Below, piece after piece: positions 58,634 to 64,000 of a stretch of 64,000 nt of DNA. The DNA comes from Schmidtea polychroa. Its lineage: Eukaryota. The stretch covers positions 14,882,001 to 14,946,000 of the forward strand of contig CM097885.1 of assembly GCA_044892525.1 (NCBI GenBank). Reading direction: 5' to 3'. Position 1 is the first letter of the stretch. The number at the start of each line of letters is the position of its first letter. The position numbers were made by a program, and so were the translations under genes. The notes below the pieces were generated by a model. The model searched no databases, was not told where the DNA came from, and worked only from the letters and a program-made list of their open reading frames with translations.

Positions 58634-60051
58634 TTCCTTCTATTTTCTGATTTTGCCTTTTGTTTCCAATCATTTTTCAATCCTTTCGCTTTGCTTCACT
58701 CTTCACTAGTGGATAATAAAATTTCTTTTTAGAGTTTTCTTCATTTCCATCAGGTTATTTTGAGTAATTTAGTATTTATTTTAATTGTAATATTTTATGA
58801 ATTCTCAACAATTATTAAAATTCACATGTAAAGATGGGAAATATCTTCGATGAACTTTTTGGATCTATCAATTCAACGAAATATGGGGTGGAATACAAAA
58901 GTATACAGAACCCAACCTAAAGTAAAGGTTTTAGGTTAGTCATGGATTTCTAAGATATGACTGTATAAAAGATATGAAGATATAAAATAAAGTTGTTTTG
59001 CGTAATATGTGTAATATAATACTATAGCTGCTAATCCTGTGACACACCTATGAATCTCTCGCGACACGCCGGTTGGGAAACACTGGCATAGAGTTATTGT
59101 ATATTGACACCAGCCACTTTTATGGATGGGTTCTTAGTCAAGATTTACTTTGTCGAAGATTTTTAATTATTCCATTGAGATTTCGAAAAATCCTTTGAAG
59201 AATCCAAGACATCAGATATTGAGTCATTGACATATTGATACACGTTTGACGTAGGCATGGATATTCCTAGTTTTATGTTGGATGATTTGCAGATGATGAT
59301 AGAGACATTTTCTCTGTTAAAATCAAAGGTAGAGAAATTGTCCTTGACATTTATTCTAAAAGTAAACCCATGTCATACGTTGGAGATTATTAAATATGTC
59401 TACATAACACAAAATAACAAGAAAGCAAGATACCAACAGTGCAAAATGTCATCAGTCTTTTCCACTGAAGCCTAATTCCAGAAATGTTCCTAAACAAACT
59501 CATAAAACACTGATATATTATTTGTGAATTATTTGTTTTATCAATTAATATTTCATTTATTGCAATAAATTGAAAAATAATAAATAAAATTTCACTTAAT
59601 TTCCTTCAAAAAAATAATTTCAAATCAATTTTTCGGTGAATTTACTTTAATCTGAATGTTTAGCACTGCCATGAAAATTGGTTTATCTGATGGACATCAC
59701 GGTTCGTACGACATCTTACCGGTCGACTGAAAGTAATAAATAAATTATTTCTGATTATATTTCAAGAGAAATTTGCTCTTTTCCATAAAATATTTCCTAG
59801 ATCGAAATTTGGGATTTTCGTTTTTGCTGATGGCAAAGCAAAACACATTTGAAGTTCGAATGTCTAAACTAAACCAAAATGTATCAAATATCATAGGAAA
59901 AAAAATTTATATAATATATTTATAAAAAACTAAATTATATGTAGTAGTAGGAACATTGAACTAAGAGGTAAAATATATTCATCATTATTGGTTTTATCAA
60001 TCTCTTCATAAGCAAATCGAGTAGATTTGAGCAGCATTGACGTTTCCATTT

Positions 60052-60636
60052 CTATTGAAAGATCGAATTCTTTATACCAAAAGTATCTGGCGTTTTGGAG
60101 ATTTTGCAATACATTTTACTGAATACGACTCCTATTTTCAAATTGTTTGAATATTCAATTGTGAGCGTAATTGTTGATTTGTCTTCGACATATCCATTGC
60201 CTGGACTTTCTCTGATTCGACGATGAGTAGTCATATCAAAATTTATACAAAATTTACAAAAATAATTTACATTAAATATAAAGATGAAGAGGTTCATTGT
60301 TCCACAAATTGTTGTGATTCCAGAATTTTGAATATATATTTTTTCATTTTTAAATTTGAAATGCGATCTGACATTTGCATTAGATGAACTTTGAACACTG
60401 ATAGCATAGAAATATATGAAGAACAAAAAGATTGATGTTGATGCGATTATACATCTGATATTCGAGGTATGATCAAATAATACGGTGAATGAATTTTTAC
60501 AGCAGCAACTGCTGACGCTATACCCATTTGATATAATTTGTCCGATAGCCTGATCCGTTGAGACGGGCAGCATATCGTAGAGGTGAAGCGGATCCATGTT
60601 CCACTAATTGTTACAATTCAAGAGTTTTAACCACAT
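60052..60636 (-). pseudogene. Unknown multicopy ORF with one hydrophobic segment; deleted paralog at ~52590-52780
   Basis: 181-aa ORF. TTTGAAATGCGATCTGA...GAACTTTGAACACTGATA...TAGAGGTGAAGC is shared with 52609-52745. Confidence 0.4.
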
Positions 60637-60979
60637 TTTTTGTTAGTTTAGAAATAAAAAGGTGACAGAAAATGTTTGAACAACGTAATTGTTGTTAATT
60701 GAAAACATTTAAAAGAAACTAAATAAATATCAATTTTGTGTAATTTTTAATTTGTTTTAAAAATAATGTTTTCCTTGTTGGGATTAGAATTTTGATTTGT
60801 GACAATTTTTATTAATTTGAAATTGTTCTTTCTTTCTCAACGCTTCAAGATATGAATAATTTCAATGAGTAGATGGATTGGGCACCGCTGGCACAGGGCA
60901 CCGCTAGCACAGTACCCCCCCCCCTCCCCGGTCGTCATATTTTTCAAAAATATGCTAAGTCTAAAAGTACAAATTTTTT

Positions 60980-61694
60980 TTAAACAAAGACATATGACTC
61001 ATCAAGGTCATTGAAACAAAGACCATGACTCATAGTATGACTCATCAAAATTCTCAAGGTCATTTAAACAAAGACCATGACTCATCCTATGACTCATCAA
61101 GGTCATTTTCAAGGTCGTATGACTCATAATATGACTCATCAAGGTCAAAAAAATTTTCAAGGTCATTTAAACAAAGACCATGACTCATCAAGGTCATTTT
61201 CAAGGTCAAATGAGTCATACTATGACTCATATGACCTTGAAAAAATTTTTCAAGGTCGTATGACTCATAGTATGACTCATCAAAATTCTCAAGGTCATTT
61301 AAACAAAGACCATGACTCATATTATGACGCATCAAGGTCATTTTCAAGGTCAAATGAGTCATAATATGACTCATATGGCCTTGGAAATTTTTTTTCAAGG
61401 TCATCTGACTCATCCTGTGACTCATCAAGGTCATTTTCAAGGTCAAATGACTCGTACTATGACTCATATGACCTTGAAAAAAATTTCTCAAGGTCATATG
61501 ACTCATACTATGACTCATCGAAATTTTTTCAAGGTCATATGACTCATACCATGACTCATCAAAAATTTTCAAGGTCATTTTCAAGGTCATCTGAGTCATC
61601 CTATGACTCATCAAGGTCATTTTCAAGGTCGCATGACTCATCCAAGGTCATTGCCAAGGTCATATGAGTCATCGCGATGACTCATCAAGGTCAT
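60980..61694. promoter_or_regulatory. Complex repeat built from TGA(C/G)TCA, TCAAGGTCA and AACAAAG motifs (candidate enhancer or origin)
   Basis: Manual count: about 27 TGA(C/G)TCA, about 21 TCAAGGTCA (either strand) and 5 AAACAAAGA in ~715 bp. Confidence 0.6.
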
Positions 61695-61855
61695 ATTATT
61701 ATTTTTAAAAATATTATTATTTTTATTATTATTTTTAAAAATATTATTATTTTATTTTTAATTTTTTCAAAGTTCCCGCCAACGAAAATTAATAATCGAT
61801 AGCGCATTTTAAAGCTCAATCCAAGACCTTTCGAATGAGCTATATATCTTGTTAC

Positions 61856-61985
<130 letters not shown>

Positions 61986-62147
61986 CTATATACTCCGAGT
62001 CTATCTACTCCTAGTGTATCCGACAAAATATTTTGTCCCCCTATGGGTAATGCTCACAAGGGTACTGGTCACGCTCAACAAATCAACAAATCAACAAAAC
62101 ATACATTTATTTAAACAATAAAATAATGTAAAATTAACAAAGGTAAA

Positions 62148-62783
62148 CTAAATATATATAGTATGATATTCATTAATCAGTGTTGAACAGGCTTGACACT
62201 TGCGAACATTCTTCTCATGACACTTAGAACAAACAATTACGTGACCACACGGTAAATACAAAACCGAAACTCGATTTTCTTTACAAATTGAACAAGTTAA
62301 ATATCTTTTCTTAACATCTTTCAATTTTTTCGTTAGCTTATTTTCAATCAAATCGGCTTTCGCTATCCATTCATAAATCAATCTACTATATCCAGGTTTC
62401 AACCTTAAAAACATACAACTCCAAAAGTATTCATTCAGTGAATCGTTGTTTACTGCTATTTTTTCTAAGTACATTAAATAACAAGATAACTTTAAAATGG
62501 ATTTCTCATAATTAAATAAATCAAACAAATATTCAATAGAGGAATGTTTGAAAATTTTTAAAATATTTATGAGTTGCTTATCACTGTAAGTATCATGATT
62601 ATTTATAAAATCTTCAAGTGTATTGTTAAAAAATGTCAATGAAATTTCAGAATAGGCTGGACTTAATTTTTCCTTATTTCTAGTAGGACTTCCTTGCTAT
62701 AAATGACATATAAAAAAAAATTGCCAAAATAATAAAGTTACCAAATGTGTTACACATTCATCGGTTTTATTTGTATAAATCAT
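62148..62783 (-). CDS. C3HC4 RING (IAP-type RING) protein, predicted 2 exons (62783-62742, 62696-62148), 196 aa
   Basis: CSICKENRVSVLYLPCGHVIVCSKCHEKNVRKCQAC...IYI at the C-terminus. The ATG exon MIYTNKTDECVTHL joins QGSPTRN in frame across a 45-nt GT-AG intron. Confidence 0.8.
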
Positions 62784-62923
62784 TATTAAAAACTAAATTA
62801 CTTTTGTTTTTTTTTACATTTATAAAAATTGTGATAACCAATCAAAATAGAGCTTTCAAAATGTAACCATCAAATGTATAACAATAATAAGCATGACTAG
62901 TACCCTTTGCAACCTGTTTTAAG

Positions 62924-62990
<67 letters not shown>

Positions 62991-62998
62991 ATTATTAA

Positions 62999-63128
<130 letters not shown>

Positions 63129-63141
63129 ATTATTATTTCAT

Positions 63142-63305
63142 TGATATAGCTGCATGCTCACTGCAGACTATATATAAAAATACTGATATAGCTGCATGCT
63201 CACTGCAGACTATATATAAAAATACTGATATAGCTGCATGCTCACTGCAGACTATATATAAAAAAACTGTTATAGCTGCATGCTCACTGCAGACTATATA
63301 AAAAT
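63142..63305. repeat. Four tandem 42-bp units, each an imperfect hairpin
   Basis: TGATATAGCTGCATGCTCACTGCAGACTATATATAAAAATAC starting at 63142, 63184, 63226 and 63268. Confidence 0.95.
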
Positions 63306-63528
63306 CACCATTAAATATAAAAAATTATAATAAAACACCAAATACTTAAAAAATTAAAAAAAAATCTGATTAAAAATTTTATTGAATATGTATATATAAA
63401 TACAAGTTTTATACAATATACAGGTTTTTGTACAAGTTTTTAAATAAAAGTTTCTATACAATTTTTTTTATAAATCATGAAATCACTATACAAGTTTTTA
63501 TAAATCAAAAATATAAAGTTTTTTCTAT

Positions 63529-64000
63529 TTAAATTTGATCTTCGTCCCATTCGCTGTCGTCAAAACTGGGACTTGGAGCTGCACTGAATTCCTCATCATA
63601 TTCGCTTAATTCGTCAACTCCTAAATAGTGCCCAAATGCGTAACTTAAGTTCTTCCCTAGCCACGCGCGCTTATCATCATTATTACTTAGGGCAATTTTC
63701 GAATTTTTAAAAGTAAAAAGTTGGTGATTTCTAGTACCTATTCTAGTCTGCGGTACAGAAATCACCTGATTTGAATGAAAGCAATTTAGATATGATTCGT
63801 GATTTATTGATGTCCCTGGTAATTTAACCCCTTTCGCTTTTACTGTTTCCTTACTACCTAAAAGACTATAACATTTAGGGCGTAAGAAAACCCATTCGGA
63901 ATAACCTAATCCCTTGCTCTCATCTTTAAACTTCCCGATGACAGAGTCAAGGTTCCTATTATATAAGGGGTGTGTTGGATCGTAATTTGACGTATCCAAT
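63529..64000 (-). CDS. Protein-primed family B DNA polymerase, C-terminal part
   Basis: DTSNY...VIGKFKDE...FLRPKCYS...KAKGVK...KIALSNNDDKR...AFGHY are Polinton pPolB C-terminal motifs. Acidic tail; ORF enters from beyond the window. Confidence 0.92.
   Translation of the reverse strand, partial: LDTSNYDPTHPLYNRNLDSVIGKFKDESKGLGYSEWVFLRPKCYSLLGSKETVKAKGVKLPGTSINHESYLNCFHSNQVISVPQTRIGTRNHQLFTFKNSKIALSNNDDKRAWLGKNLSYAFGHYLGVDELSEYDEEFSAAPSPSFDDSEWDEDQI

Noticed and set aside
61077..61641. Repetitive ORFs (MTH.../MSH...) as proteins
   Set aside because: They are open on both strands as a by-product of the motif array; indels change frame freely.
63142..63305. CRISPR-like array
   Set aside because: The units are contiguous with no unique spacers, the context is eukaryotic and there are no cas genes.

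Overview
AT-rich animal genomic DNA with many (AAT)n arrays; a triclad flatworm is my inference, not something the sequence proves. The main host gene is a divergent non-alpha Cys-loop (nAChR-like) subunit on the minus strand. Four of its exons splice in frame across about 31.5 kb (36171-36032, 30418-30374, 18540-17880, 5205-4706). Its introns and flanks hold hAT, piggyBac, Helitron, Penelope and LTR remnants, several minimal hammerhead ribozymes and a 28S rRNA fragment. Three Polinton/Maverick (adintovirus-like) pieces are present. (A) The left edge has an intact major capsid protein ORF and a zinc-finger-PLA2 ORF. (B) At 36.6-38 kb a decayed packaging ATPase sits beside a TBP-like gene, followed by a small 4-exon gene. 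(C) The right edge has pPolB, a spliced RING gene and a dense AP-1/NR5A/TCF motif array near a candidate terminus. The most striking observation is the 1.2 kb between the capsid gene of element A and its apparent ACTACT end. It holds three candidate Pol III units with identical 43-nt A-box to B-box spacing: two ~80-nt RNAs and one ~375-nt multibranched RNA with G-U-biased helices. A ~280-nt terminal fold-back follows. This looks like a VA/EBER-like non-coding RNA cluster in a Polinton-type virus. All calls come from manual reading; no searches or folding programs were run.
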